Assembly (NCBI GenBank): GCA_002104905.1
Contig: MCFE01000621.1
Location: 1 to 52,098, forward strand
Direction: 5' to 3'
Length of the DNA stretch: 52,098 nucleotides
Origin: Basidiobolus meristosporus CBS 931.73
Lineage: Eukaryota > Fungi > Basidiobolomycota
Part shown: positions 13,004 to 25,300 of the stretch, piece by piece
Layout: each line of letters starts with the position of its first letter
How positions within the stretch are numbered: position 1 is the stretch's first letter
Made by a program: the position numbers and the translations under genes
The notes under the pieces: generated by a model
What the model was told of the DNA's origin: nothing
Databases searched by the model: none
What the model saw: the letters and a program-made list of their open reading frames with translations, nothing else

Positions 13004-13385
13004 AGACTTTTTCCATTGAATAGTGCCACATTGAGCCATGAGTGCCAAATGATGCCATAGTGTGCTAAGGAGGCCAGGTGCACCTATACTTGGCCCCAGA
13101 GTGTGCAGCATAGCTCTGCATCTTCATGCAAAGCAGCCCCTGTGCTTCACCCATTGTGTAGGAGAAAATCCATTTATTGACCTTGTTTTTTAGGTCAATG
13201 ATATACAGGATGTGTAAGTGCACAAAAGGATTGAAGACATGCATCTAGTACCCAATATGCATGGCACTCTGAATCTAGCTCCTGTGCCTTATAACATGTG
13301 ACAAAATTGCATGGCACTATCTTGGTCCACTGGTACCATCTGGCAATATATTTAGATGTTTAGGACTAATATTTGAATATAGAGC
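13004..13385. mobile_element. Foldback (PHIS-related non-autonomous) element, one arm plus spacer
   Basis: Starts AGACTTTTTCCATTGAATAGTGCCAC after ATT. Homologous to the left half of 34917-35649. Confidence 0.85.
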
Positions 13386-13399
13386 CTGATGTATCCAAT

Positions 13400-14336
13400 C
13401 CAGACCAGCCATCAAGATTCCATCAGGAGACTGCAATAGTACCAGCAGCTTTGATTTAATGACCATCTATATGATCTTTTGATGGGATCACAATGGCATT
13501 TTGCTAATTATATAGCCAAATAAACTTGATAAATATGGTGGAGCTTGTATGGTGTATTGCCAAGAGTGGCATGGTATTGGTGTGGTCTTTGTTTACTCTA
13601 CTCATATTTAAGTGGATCTAACTAGCCAGTACATCAAATTGCCTTATACTGCAGAAAACTTGAGGTATTCTGACACCAAACTCTTTGCACAAAAGCTTTA
13701 GATGTTTCAAGTTGGTATTAGTGATCTGCTTCTGGATAAATGTTGCCACAATGTCCACTTATGACTCCCAATACTTCAAATGTACTCTTAATAGAAAAGG
13801 CTTCAAAAGGCCACTAAAATAAACACATGTCCAATTTGTCCCATCCTTGCACTTGCATTGTTGCATATGCATATTAATGCTAATTGGTGCCCATGAAAAG
13901 TACTTAGACTAGTAAATACTTTGCAATATCTTGCCAATTCTTTCACATTTCTCTGGTATTTCAAAGGTTTAGTTTATCTTGAAATGCCCCATGTACAACT
14001 TGGTCATCAGTAAAGGAGTATGTTGAATGCAAATGCATTGCTTGGAGTGAAAAACTTTTGCTCCCACCAATACACTCTATCTTAAGTTTTCCAGTTTGCA
14101 ATTAATTACATATTCTGGCTGATGGTCTATAGCTAGCCAACTTTGCTGCAATTGCATACTGACTTCTGTATGTTCTCTCTGTGGAAAGATGATGCTCTTA
14201 GTGTTAGTGCTTGTGTATATAACAATGTGTATGAGATATTGAGAAGGTCCCCTGGATCTCACACATTTGCCAGAAACACTGTTCCCAGAGAAGCCGGCTA
14301 TTGTGCTGATGGCTGGGGTATCTCCAATGGAGATAT
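13400..14336 (-). mobile_element. CACTA/EnSpm transposase remnant
   Basis: Reverse-complement homology to ~44340-45100 (e.g. CTGATGGCTGGGGTATCTCCAATG = GDTPAIS motif). Confidence 0.75.
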
Positions 14337-14703
14337 TGTTGAAATTTAGGGCTATTTGGTATCATTCTGCAGCTAGAAATATACTTAATAATTCTGGACT
14401 AGTCTTGGTTGCTGTGGGACTAACTTATAGCTCTAAATTTGCCACTTTCTTCAGATCTATGATCCTATGATTATTCCCCTATAGTCAGGATCAAATTAGC
14501 ACTAATACTAACCATTATGTACTAACCCTAAAACTATTACAGAATGCTCCTGAGTCATGAGAAACCCTCCTTACTTAGTGTTACAGCTGTATTACTTCTA
14601 CAAAGGAATAAATACTGAGCTTCTTTATTAATAGACACCAATTCAACTATTATCACTATTTCTTGACAAGTTCCTTATATCCAAATCATTTTCAATTGCA
14701 ACA
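14337..14703 (+). repeat. Copia-2 5' LTR (367 bp)
   Basis: TGTTGAAAT...GCAACA followed by PBS. Direct repeat of 18231-18598. Confidence 0.92.
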
Positions 14704-17700
14704 GGTTATGCGCCCCAATTGTCTTAATCTACTTTAACAATGACTTCTACCAGCAAACACTACAACACAAAAATCTTCCCAGTAAAGGAGAGGATTGATG
14801 GAAAGAACTATAGACTTTGGAGAATCAAGATGCAGATGCACCTTGAGGAAAGGAAGCTTTGGAATATAGTAACAGGAAAAGTAGTTGGGCCTGAAGGAAC
14901 AGCAGAAGAAGTGCAGAAGTTTCAAGAGATGGAGAGAAAGGCCTTTAATGCCATATATATCAATGTGCAAGATTACTTCATTGGACATATTGTCAAATAG
15001 ATGACATTTTGACTTTTGACTATGTCAAAGGAAGACTTCTCCGTGAACAACTCAGACATAATGATTAAGCAGAGAAGATCAAAGACAATGCTTTATTCAG
15101 TTCAGAAAGGCACTCATAAAAGAATGGAAAGCAACAAAACCAAAGAAAACCTGTTTGCTGCAACTATTGTAAAAAAACCAGGACACTGGGCAAGAGAATG
15201 CAAGAAGAAACAAGCAGACAAAAGACAGAAACTAGAGCAGGCAAGCCATACAACTACTGATATACAGTTATTTCTAACCGTACAAGAGAGTGCAAGTAAA
15301 TAAAGTAATGAATGGTATATTGACTCTAGAGCCTTGCAGCATATTTGTGGCATAGAGGAGTAGTTCAGCAACTTAAAGACTATTCCGATAAGAAAAGTTT
15401 TTCTGGGAGGTAACTCTGCTCTGGAAGCTACCGCAAGTGAGTCTATACAACTAAACATGAGCAATAGCTCAGAGGTAACAGCAGCAAGACTCACTGATGT
15501 ACTGTACTTAAGTGGAGTTGCTAGGAACCTACTCTCAGTCAGTAAAGCAACTGCTAAGGGACTGAAATTTGTTTTTACTAGGATGAGCTGTTCAATAATG
15601 ATTGAGAATGGACACTAAGTAGTTTTGGGAATCAGAGATTACAATATATACAAGTTACAATGCAAGATCACTGTACCTGAGTATGTCAACATTGCTTAAA
15701 CTGATGAAACCAGCTGGGAGATGTGGCATAGGAGGCTAGGACACATTGGGGAACAGAAAATGAGCCAATTGGTGAAAAATGAGCCTGTTTTGGGTGTAAA
15801 ATATTCAATTCCAATAAAATTTGATGTCTGTAAGAGATGTTCATATGGCAAACAAGCTAGGCAACATTTCAAGAGCTCAGAAGGCATCAATACTACCAAA
15901 ATATGGGCTATTGTACACTCAGACATATGTGGCCCTATGAGAACACTGTCCCTTGGAGTCAAGGTATACTTTATAATATTTATTGATGACAAAACAAGAT
16001 ATACATGAGTGTACTTCCTCAAAACTAAGGATGAAGCTTAAGAGATGTTTAAGCACTTCAAGAGCATGGCAGAAACACAAACTGGGTAAAAATTGAAGGT
16101 GCTACAAAGTGACAGTGAAGGAGGACACTGTTCAAAAGAGTTTGCAAAATACTGCTTGTCTACTGGAATACTTCGACAGACCACAGTTCCTCATACTCCA
16201 CAGCAAAATGGATTAGTAGAACATGCAAATAGAACAATAGTAGAGATGGGAAGATCCATGCTACATCATAAGCAAATGAACTACACATTTTGGGCTGAAT
16301 CTGTTGTTACTGCAGTATACATCAAGAAAAAATGTCCCTTGGTTATTGTCAAGATACTAAAGGGTATAGAGTGTATAAAGACAAAGCTCAGAAGCTGATC
16401 AAGAGCATGGATGTTGTATTTGAGGAGAATTCACATCAGAAAGCCACAGAAATCATTGGCCAGCTGCCCCATGATGCAATCAACATTAATAAAGAACATG
16501 CATACCAAATTCAGCCAGATACGGAAGATGCTTCCACCAGTTCCAGATCAGAACAGATTATCCCAGTTAGAAGATCTACCAGTATAAGAAATGCCCCTAG
16601 ATCCTGGTAGCAAACATGCAATGATCATGAAGGAGCTTATTATACCTTATGTGCCAAACCTCAGAATCTGGAACAGGCAATGCAAAGTCCAGATGCTACA
16701 TTGTGGCAACAAGCCATGCAGGAGGAGTACCAATCACTGATCAAAGCAAAAAGGTGAGAACTGGTAGACTTACCAAATGGGAGAAAGCCAATAGGATGTA
16801 GATGGGTCTACAAGATCAAGATAACCTCAAATGGTGCCATTGATAAGTAAAAGGCTAGATTTGTGGCTAAAGGCTATTCCCAGATCTAGGGACTAGACTT
16901 AAGGAAATATTTGCTCCAGATGCCAAGTTTAGCTCCATTAGGACAGTTCTAGCCCTGGCAGCTGTACACAGTCTAGATCTACACCAAATGGACATCAAAG
17001 CAGCCTTTTTAAATGGGGATTTGCAAGAAACTATATATTTAGAGCAACCAGAAGGTTTTACCCATCCAAAAGACCCCCATAAGATGTGCAACTTGGAAAA
17101 TTGTTGTAGAGACTTAAGCAGGCACCTAGAGCATGGTATAACAAGATTTACACATATCTGGAGGAAATTGGGTTCTCTTGTAGCACTGTAGATCACACTA
17201 TATATGTGAAATAGCTCAAAAGGGGTGTGATCATCCTAGTTCATTATGTGGACAACCTACTTATAGCTACAAGTGACCAAGAGGCACTTAAACAGATGAC
17301 ATCAGATCTCTTCAGCAAGTTTGAGCAGCAAGATCTTGGAAATTGAGCTATTTTCTTGGAATTGAGATCAAAATTGACATACCTACACAGAAAATTGTGC
17401 TGAGTTAGTCTAAGTACATCAGGAACATTCTTGAATGCTTCAAATTGGAAAATTGCAGACTTGCAGCTACCCCTATAGACAATAACCTGAAATTGAGCAC
17501 ATCTCAGCCAGTTATAGATGTAAACGGCTCAAATATGGACCAAAACTTTCCCTTTCAATCAGTAGTTGGTAGCCTAATGTACTTGCTGGTGTCTACGCGT
17601 CCAGATATTGCAGTGGCAATTGGAACAGTCATTCAATTCATGCAGAATTATGGATCAGAACATATTATAGTAGCTAAGTGGATTTTCAGATATCTACAAG

Positions 17701-18230
17701 GCACCATAAATATGGTACTGGAATTCTCTGGAGCAGCAAATAGGCAAGTATTTGATGGTTATAGTGAGTCAGATTGGGGTAGGGATCTGATTGACAGATG
17801 CGCTACCACAGGCTATGTATTTCTTTATGCTGGTGCAGCTATTACTTGGAATTGCAAGAAACAACCAACTGTGGCCCTATCTACAACTGAAGCAGAATAT
17901 ATGGCTGCATGTCAAGCATCTAAGGAGGTTGTATGGCTACAAAAATTATTTAAAGACTTGGGTTTTAGTTAAAATGAACCAACATGTATTTTCAAGGATA
18001 ATCAAAGTTGTATTTTGTTAGCTAGACATCCTACTAATCATGCCAGAACTAAGCACATTGATATGCAGCATCACTTGGTGAGGGAAGCTGTAGAGAATAA
18101 CTTAGTAGAGTTAGTGTACTACCCAACTAACAAAATGGTGGCAGATATATTGACAAAACCACTTACTAGGCCACAATTTGAGAATCTCAGGGAGGAATTA
18201 GGATTAAGAAATTATTTAGTTGAGGGGGAG

Positions 18231-18598
18231 GGCTGAAATATTGGACTATTTGGTATCATTCTGCAGCTAAAAATATACTTAATAATTCTGGTCTAGTCTT
18301 GGCCACTGTGGGACTAATTTACAGCTCTAATTTTGCCACTTTCTTCAGATCTATGATCCTATGATTACTCCCCTATAGTCAGGATCAAATTAGCACTAAT
18401 ACTAACTATTATGTACTAACCCTGAAACTGTACAGAATGATCCTGAGTGATGAGAAACCCTCCTTACTTAGTGTTACAGCTGTATTACTTCTACAAAGGT
18501 ACAAATACTGAGCTTCTTTATTAATAAACAACAGTTCAACTATTATCACTATTTCTTAATAAGTTCCTTTTATCCAGATCACTTCTTAAATTGCAACA
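18231..18598 (+). repeat. Copia-2 3' LTR (368 bp)
   Basis: Follows the PPT and ends TTGCAACA. The first bases are mutated (GGCTGAAATA versus family TGTTGAAATA). Confidence 0.9.
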
Positions 18599-18599
18599 G

Positions 18600-18880
18600 T
18601 AAATTGGCCTAGTGTTATATGTTAATGTACAATAGAGATCTGGGGTGAAGTACAATTAGTGTGTTAAGATAGAAATATATTCAAGAACAGATTAGTTTAT
18701 TACATGGGGGTAAGCAAGTGGTCAGATTTTCATGTGACTTAATTGTATTACAGACAACTGCCATATATGGTATGAAACTACAAAGGTTCCAATGAGTTGC
18801 TTTGGTAAAGTGTCTGATTGTATAATGTAAGCCTGGAGCTTTCTAAAAACAGCTAGAATTTGTTGTAAAAATTGTGAGTC
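18600..18880 (-). repeat. LTR family E-like fragment
   Basis: CCATATATGGTATGAAACTACAAAGGTTCCAA resembles 6630-6660. Confidence 0.5.
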
Positions 18881-18889
18881 CACCTATGT

Positions 18890-19051
18890 TCCCCTAAGTT
18901 AGTCACTTAGATCATTACCTACTGGTCATATTGAATACTAACCAAGTTTCTTGTAGGGATTTACTTAGAATACTTTCACCAAAACATCAGGTACCCAAAA
19001 CGTGAAAATTCTCATAATTGTCCAAACACCCCCAAGCTTTTCACACATATT
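18890..19051 (+). repeat. Copia-1 LTR fragment
   Basis: TTAGTCACTTAGATCATTACC...TTGTCCAAACA matches the reverse complement of 47330-47460. Confidence 0.75.
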
Positions 19052-19659
19052 TGACTTGTTCCATTGGAATGTGCCACATTGAGCCATGAGTGCTGAATGA
19101 TGCCATAGTGTGCCAGAGAGGCCAAGTGAGCCTATACTTGGCCACAGAGTGTGCAGCACAGCTCTGCATCTTTATGCAAAGCAGCCCTTGTATTTCACCT
19201 ATTGTGTTGGAGAAAATCCATTTTTTGACCTTTTTTAGGTAAATGCTGTACAGGATGTGCAAGTGCACAAAAGGATTGAAGATAAGCATCTGCATTTAAT
19301 ACCCATGGAACTCTGAATCTAGCTCCTGTGGCTTGTAAAATGTCACAAAAATGCATGGCACTATCTTGGTCCACTGGTACTCTCTGGCACTATAAGTGCT
19401 TGTATTGTTCTTACTTTAGGGCTAATATTTAAATATAGTGCTGGATAGTACTAGTGCACCAAGATAGTGCCATGCATTTTTGTAACATGTTACAAGCCAC
19501 AGTAGCTAGATTCAGAGTGCCATGGGTATTCAGTACCAGATGTATATCTTCAATCCTTTTATGCACTTGCACATCCTGTACAACATTTACCTAAAAAAAA
19601 AGGTCAAAAAATGGATTTTCTCCAACACAATAGGTGAAACACAGGGGCTTCTTTGCATT
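19052..19659. mobile_element. Foldback element, right arm truncated
   Basis: Starts TGACTTGTTCCATTGGAATGTGCCAC after ATT. The left arm (to ~19380) is an inverted repeat of ~19447-19659. Confidence 0.88.
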
Positions 19660-19789
19660 TGACACCATAAAACAACCTTAAACAAAATTGCATCCTAGGT
19701 TTTACAAAAAATTGGTCAACATTCATCTTTAGAGCAACACAGAAGTTGCTATTGGTTGGTTCTCTGCCAATTTTCTCACAGTCTGGTCC

Positions 19790-20400
19790 TAAATACTTAG
19801 TCACTTCCTGCATTGGTTTATACTGACTAGCAATTGCTCTTTTTCACTCTACATACTTCTTGATTTAAACAATGCTCTCACTTTTCATGCATACAGAATG
19901 ATATATATTCTTTCACTCTTCAGCTGTAACTCATTTCTGAATTGTACAGTCCTATACAAGTTCTTATACCCACACTTATATTAAGCACAGCTTCCCCCTT
20001 GACATGTAACTCTGGTAAAGTCCACCATTCTTCAGTTATTTTTGACAACAGACCCATTTTCTGTGACATTGATAGGCATCCCATAGCTTGATGCTGTTGT
20101 TCATCAACTGGTTCCCATATGTCTTGGTCTTCAGCAGGGACTGCAAGGTCAAGCACCACATCTGCCAGTCTTTGCAGTAAATCCTTGCAATATTCTAGTA
20201 CATTTTCTTGAGTACAACTCTGGAAGAAGTACTGCAACCTTTAGCAATGCCTGTCATTGCCCCAAAGCTTTGCTGTGCACATTGCAATAGTCCTTGCAGT
20301 TTTTGATACTGTTGGTGCATTGGTTAGTGGAATCTTTACTCTGTCTACAATAGAGGGCACAGAGGCAGTTGTAGACTTGTTGTCTTTCTCTGCAATTTCA
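19790..20400 (-). repeat. Unclassified repeat family U, fragment
   Basis: Homologous to ~40510-41110. Strand is taken from ORF 19920..20237 and is tentative. Confidence 0.65.
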
Positions 20401-20726
20401 TCTATGTTAGATTCAAATGCAACTGGTTTACCTTTCCCTCATTTTCTTGGCTTAGTGTTCCACCAATTGCATAAGCTGAAGTGTCTGTGCAGAGAGTGAG
20501 CTTGTCTCTGAAGTCAGTCATTCTTGAGCTTGGCCGCTTAGCAAGTTCATTGTTGAGCATTAGAAGTGCAGTCTCACAGGCTAAGTTGCACTCTAAGGTG
20601 TTGTCTATCTTGAGGATATGAGTCAAAGGGGCCGCAATACTTGCAAAGGACTTGACAAGTCTCCAATAATAGGAAACCATTCCAAGAAGTGATTTGAGCT
20701 GTGAGGTGCTATGGGGCTGCTTCAGA

Positions 20727-21094
20727 TGTTATGATCTGCCGCTTGAATGTGTAAGTTAGATCAGTTTTTAGTCAAATCAATTAGTATATGTTTAGGTTAT
20801 CAGTATATCAGTATTATCTATCAAATCAGTAGCATTAGTCAGCAAATGAATCAGCAGATCCTTATCAGACAGAAATAGATATATTAGGTAGGATTGTATT
20901 GGTTGATGATGATGCAATCAGATGAGTCATCAGCCACAACCTACATTAGGAAATACAATTAGTCAGCAATTGATCTGGCAAAATGTATATAAGGAGCTGC
21001 TGGAACCTCAATAAAAATCAGTTCAAGTTTTAGTGAATACAATACTAGCTAAACTCCCTATTCCTCTACAACTCTTATACCAAGACTTGTAACA
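20727..21094 (+). repeat. G1 5' LTR (368 bp)
   Basis: TGTTATGATC...CTTGTAACA, with TATA-like GTATATAAG and AATAAA. Confidence 0.95.
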
Positions 21095-22157
21095 TTGGTA
21101 GCAGCAATAACCAGAAACCTCCCTCCTGAAGAAAGAAGAAACCACCCTCAAGATGTTGGACAATCAAGAATGGAAGAATGCCATGCAGCAAATCCTGGCC
21201 CAACAGCAACAGTTACTCCAGATCCTCAGCCAACAGTAACAAGGAATGACTACCATGGCTCAGAACCAGCAATGCCCTGTTAAGAGCAACTTTAGTGTGA
21301 AGGTCAACCGGTACCATGGCAGAGTCAATGAAAACCTGGGGACTTGGCTCTTTCAGATTGAAGAAGCTTTGAAAGCTAAAGGAATTGCTCCAGAAAGCAA
21401 GTTGCATTATGCAGCTTCTTACCTGGCAGATGCAGCTTTACAGTGGTACCACAACAAGATCAGGTCAGCCACTATGATGGGATGCTCTACAATCTCTACA
21501 TGGGATGAGTTTGTGTTGGAAATTCAGGATGCTTTTGAGCCTCCACACCAACAGACACTACTAAGAAGGAAGTTAAAGACACTCAGACAGAAAGGAATGG
21601 TTCAAGAATACATCTATGAGTACAGATGTCTACTTGGACAAATTGAAAGAATGGACCCCCTGGATCAAGTTGAATACTTTATTGATGGGTTAAAAGAAAG
21701 AACTTGCAAGGAAGTGAATTATTGAAGACCTCAGACTATTGAAGAAGCCATCAAGATTGCCATTGACTATGACTCAGCTATGTTTGGAGTTGGGAAGCCT
21801 ACAGTGACTAATTAGAAAGGTTACAATCATTATGAAAGAATACAGTCAGAAGCAGTACCAATGGAAATAGACGCTGTAGTGGGGTGACAGTGACACCCAC
21901 TGACAGATGTGCTCATTCCCTTATTTTCTACTTCCCTATATCTCTACTACACTTATTTTAGTTTTATCCCATTTGTCTTACCCAATCAGTACTATCCCAT
22001 AAGCCGGTTGACTATCACACCTGCTTACCTTATTGCATAAGTTACCCCTCACTTTATGTAAGATTACTAGCTATAAGTACTTCTATATTAGGCAAGTACC
22101 TGTACCAGTACCCGTGACACATGATCAGCCCGTGTCACCATCCCTGCTATTTCCATA

Positions 22158-22167
22158 CCATATATGG
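22158..22167. promoter_or_regulatory. CArG-box-like motif CCATATATGG in LTR F U3
   Basis: Fits CC(A/T)6GG. Also present at 5122, 5656, 6630 and 18761, and as CCAAATATGG at 29372. Function untested. Confidence 0.5.
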
Positions 22168-22301
22168 TGTCCCCATGTTACACAGGTTTCAGAATACTGA
22201 TTCCTGATTGGTTGGATGTGCTGTGCCTCTTAGAACCTTCCGGCACCTACTTAGAACATTCTTAGGTCATTCTGATGTCACTAAGATTTCTATTGATCTT
22301 C

Positions 22302-22316
22302 GGAACCTTCTGGAAC
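22302..22316. promoter_or_regulatory. Perfect three-unit heat-shock element in LTR F U3
   Basis: gGAAc-cTTCt-gGAAc, about 35 bp upstream of the TATA-like box. Also present at 4973-4987 and 5507-5521. Function untested. Confidence 0.55.
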
Positions 22317-25300
22317 ACCATGATTAGTAATCACTTAGCCGGTAAGAAAAGTATATAAGGGAGGCTATCCCTCAACAATAAATCATCATCCCTTTTTATC
22401 AATATACCAACTTGTTGATTAGTGTGATCACTGCTACCTGCTGCTACCTGAACTTCCAACCCCAGACCACAGGACACTCCCAGGAAACCGCGCTGACAGC
22501 CAACTGACCTTGGAGGCACTACTTGTGAGGAATACTCAGAGTAGGTATCTTTTATTATATTTGATTCTTTCCCAAGTTTGTTCTTGTACAGGCAAAGCTA
22601 CTTTTCTGTCTTTGTAACTATTGACCACAGCTGCATTCTTATCAAGTCCCTGCTGGTGGAGTTTACAGTTGTTTTGACTTTGGAAGCTTTAGTACATTGT
22701 CATCTCAAAGGACGCTGATCCCAGCACATACTTTTGTTAAGACGCCAACTAAGTTGGGGATTGTAGCTCAATAGTTTTCCCTTGACAAGCTTGTGGCTTT
22801 ATTCCCCTTCACATTAGATTAGAGACAGAACCCAGTATTCCTGGCAAGCTTTTTCCAGAGGCTATTGCACCCAGTGAACACCCCACACACAAAACACTTG
22901 AGAAGTGTTGGACGTATCTCTCCCTTGGACCTATACACCACCACAACGCTATGCAGAAGAATCCTGCCTTGGAAGAATGTAAGAAGAAAGGACTTTGCTT
23001 CAATTGCCACCAGCAAGAACATATTGCAAAGTACTGCCCTCAGAGAAGAAATGGACACCAGCCATCAAGAACCTTTAACCGTGTTGAGGCCATGGAGCAT
23101 ATCAACATGAAGGATGAACTTGAAGAAGACTTAGAACTCACATTCCACATGACAGAAGAATACCTATCCCAGATGACCTCAAACTCAGGAAAGCTATTAT
23201 ACTTGAATGGAGTAATCAATGGAGTAGCTGCCAAGATCATGATTGACTCAGGAGCATTGCATGAATACATGTCAGAGCAATTTGCTCTGAAAGCTGGGAT
23301 CAACTCAGAACCTACCAAATCAACTTCAGTCTCAACAGCTGATGGGAACTCTCACATAATCAACCATATTACTCAGCCAGTAAGAATGAAGATCAATGAC
23401 TATGAAGAAGACCTACAGGCTTATATATTTGGGAACTGCAAGTTTGACCTTGTACTTGGAAAAACCTGGCTATTTTGTTGTAATCCATCAATCAACTGGA
23501 GAACCCATGCTACTCAGATCCAAAAAGACAACAAGACCTATGAGCTATTACCTGCCAGGCTGGATTTTAACTTGGTCAATTCCAGTATGTGTGAGACAAG
23601 TGAACTTAGCAAGACCCAGTTCTGTAGAGCGCTTAGAAAAGGTACTTAGATGTTCCTCATGGTGGTTTTACAGGAGGATTCCTCTACCCCAGCACCCCAG
23701 CAGGTCCAGACTCTGTTGAAGAAATATTCAGACGTGTTTCCAGATGAGCTTGTAAGCCTACCACCAGTCAGAGACAAGGATCATGCCATTTACACAGGTG
23801 ATAGCCCTCCAGTGAGCAAGACACCTTACAGAATGAGTTCATTGGAATTGGAGGAAATGAAGAGACAAATTGATCAGCTTTTGAAGCAAGGATACATCAG
23901 GCCCAGCAAGTCACCCTGGGGAGCACCAGTGCTTTTTGTGAAAAAGAAGGATGGAACACTTAGAATGTGTATTGACTACCAAGCCCTGAACTCAGTTACC
24001 ATCAAGAATAAGTACCCCATACCTCAGATTGATGAGCTTTTGGACCATCTTGATGGAGCCACTATTTTCAGCAAGATTGACCTCATGTCAGGATACAACC
24101 AGATTAGGGTGAAACCAGAAGATATCCCTAAGACAGCATTCAGGGCCAGATATGGACATTATGAGTACTTAGTCATGAGTTTTGGCCTCACTAATGCCCC
24201 TGCAACATTCATGATGCTGATGCAGGTTGTCTTTCAGGAGTACTTAGACAAGTTTGTGATAATCTACCTGGATGACATATTGATATACAGCAAGACAGAA
24301 AAGGATCACATGGTGCACATTGAAAAGGTCTTGAAGAAACTAAGAGAGAACAAGCTATATGGCAAGCTAGCCAAGTGTGAATTCTTCAAGGAACACGTTG
24401 AATACCTGGGACACATAGTGACTAGCACAGGAGTGACCTTAGACCCTAAGAAGTTGAAGTTATCAAGAATTTGAAGCAGCTCCATAGCATATGAGAACTC
24501 AGATCATTCCTTGGAATGGTTTCCTATTATCAGAGATTTGTCAAGTCTTTTGCAAGTATTGCAGCCCCTTTAACTGATATCCTCAAGAAAGACAATACCT
24601 ATAAGTGGGACATAGCTTGCGAGACTGCCTTCCAGATGCTCAAGAATGAACTTGCTAAGCTGCCAAGCTTAAGAATACCAGACTTCAGAAAAGAGTTCAC
24701 TCTGTGCACAGAGGCTTCAGATTATGCAATTGGTGGAGTGCTGAGCCAAGAACACAAGGGAAAGGACTACCCTGTTGCCTTTGAATCCAAGAAACTGAAC
24801 TCAGCAGAGCAAAACTATCCAGTCCATGAGAAGGAGATGCTTGCTATAGTACACTGTTTGAAGACATGGAGATGCTATATTGAAGGAGTCAAATGCACTG
24901 TGAAGACTGATCATGCCTCCCTCAAGTATATATTTACTCAGAAGGTACCCTCTAGAAGAATGACAAGATGGAGTGAATACATTCAGCAATTTGACCTGGA
25001 GATTGTCAACTGCCCTGGAAAAAACAACACAGTTGCTGACGCCTTATCAAGATTAGATCAAGTTGCACAACTCAACTTGGTGCATGAATCAGATTGGCCT
25101 AGCCTATTTCCAAAGTACTTGGAGGACCAAGCCATTCCTAATGAGGTGGATGAAGATATCAAGAAGATAATCCGTGATGAAGCCAGCAAATTTGTAGTAC
25201 AGGATGAAACACTCTACCAAATTGTTGATGGAAGCCCTATTGCCTATTGCCCTTATGTTTCTTGCCTGGATTTAATACATAAGCTACACAGTGGATATGG

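Larger units (their letters stand above)
14337..18598 (+). mobile_element. Ty1/copia retrotransposon (Copia-2, element C), two LTRs, decayed gag-pol with internal deletions
   Basis: LTRs at 14337-14703 and 18231-18598, PBS GGTTATGCGCCC at 14704-14715, PPT GAGGGGGAG at 18222-18230. ORF pieces: NYRLWRIKMQMHLEERKLW, WHRRLGH, HSDICGPM, PQQNGLVEHANRT, MDIKAAFLNG, GYSESDWGRD, RTKHIDMQHH. No TSD. Confidence 0.95.
21875..22945 (+). mobile_element. Solo LTR of family F (1071 bp) in G1 gag
   Basis: TGTAGTGGGG...CACCACA with perfect 4 bp TSD ACGC (21871-21874, 22946-22949). Removal restores MEIDAMQKN. TATA-like GTATATAAG at ~22349 and AATAAA at ~22377. Confidence 0.93.

Noticed and set aside
23647-23652. 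In-frame TAG followed by ATG between protease and RT, resembling programmed read-through
   Set aside because: Paralog G3 has a sense codon (CGG) at this position, so it is a mutation.
24445-24520. Frame change between the RT and RNase H ORFs of G1 as a programmed frameshift
   Set aside because: G3 (PKKVEVFK) and G2 (PNKFKVIK) read through in frame, so G1 has simply lost 1 bp near 24452.
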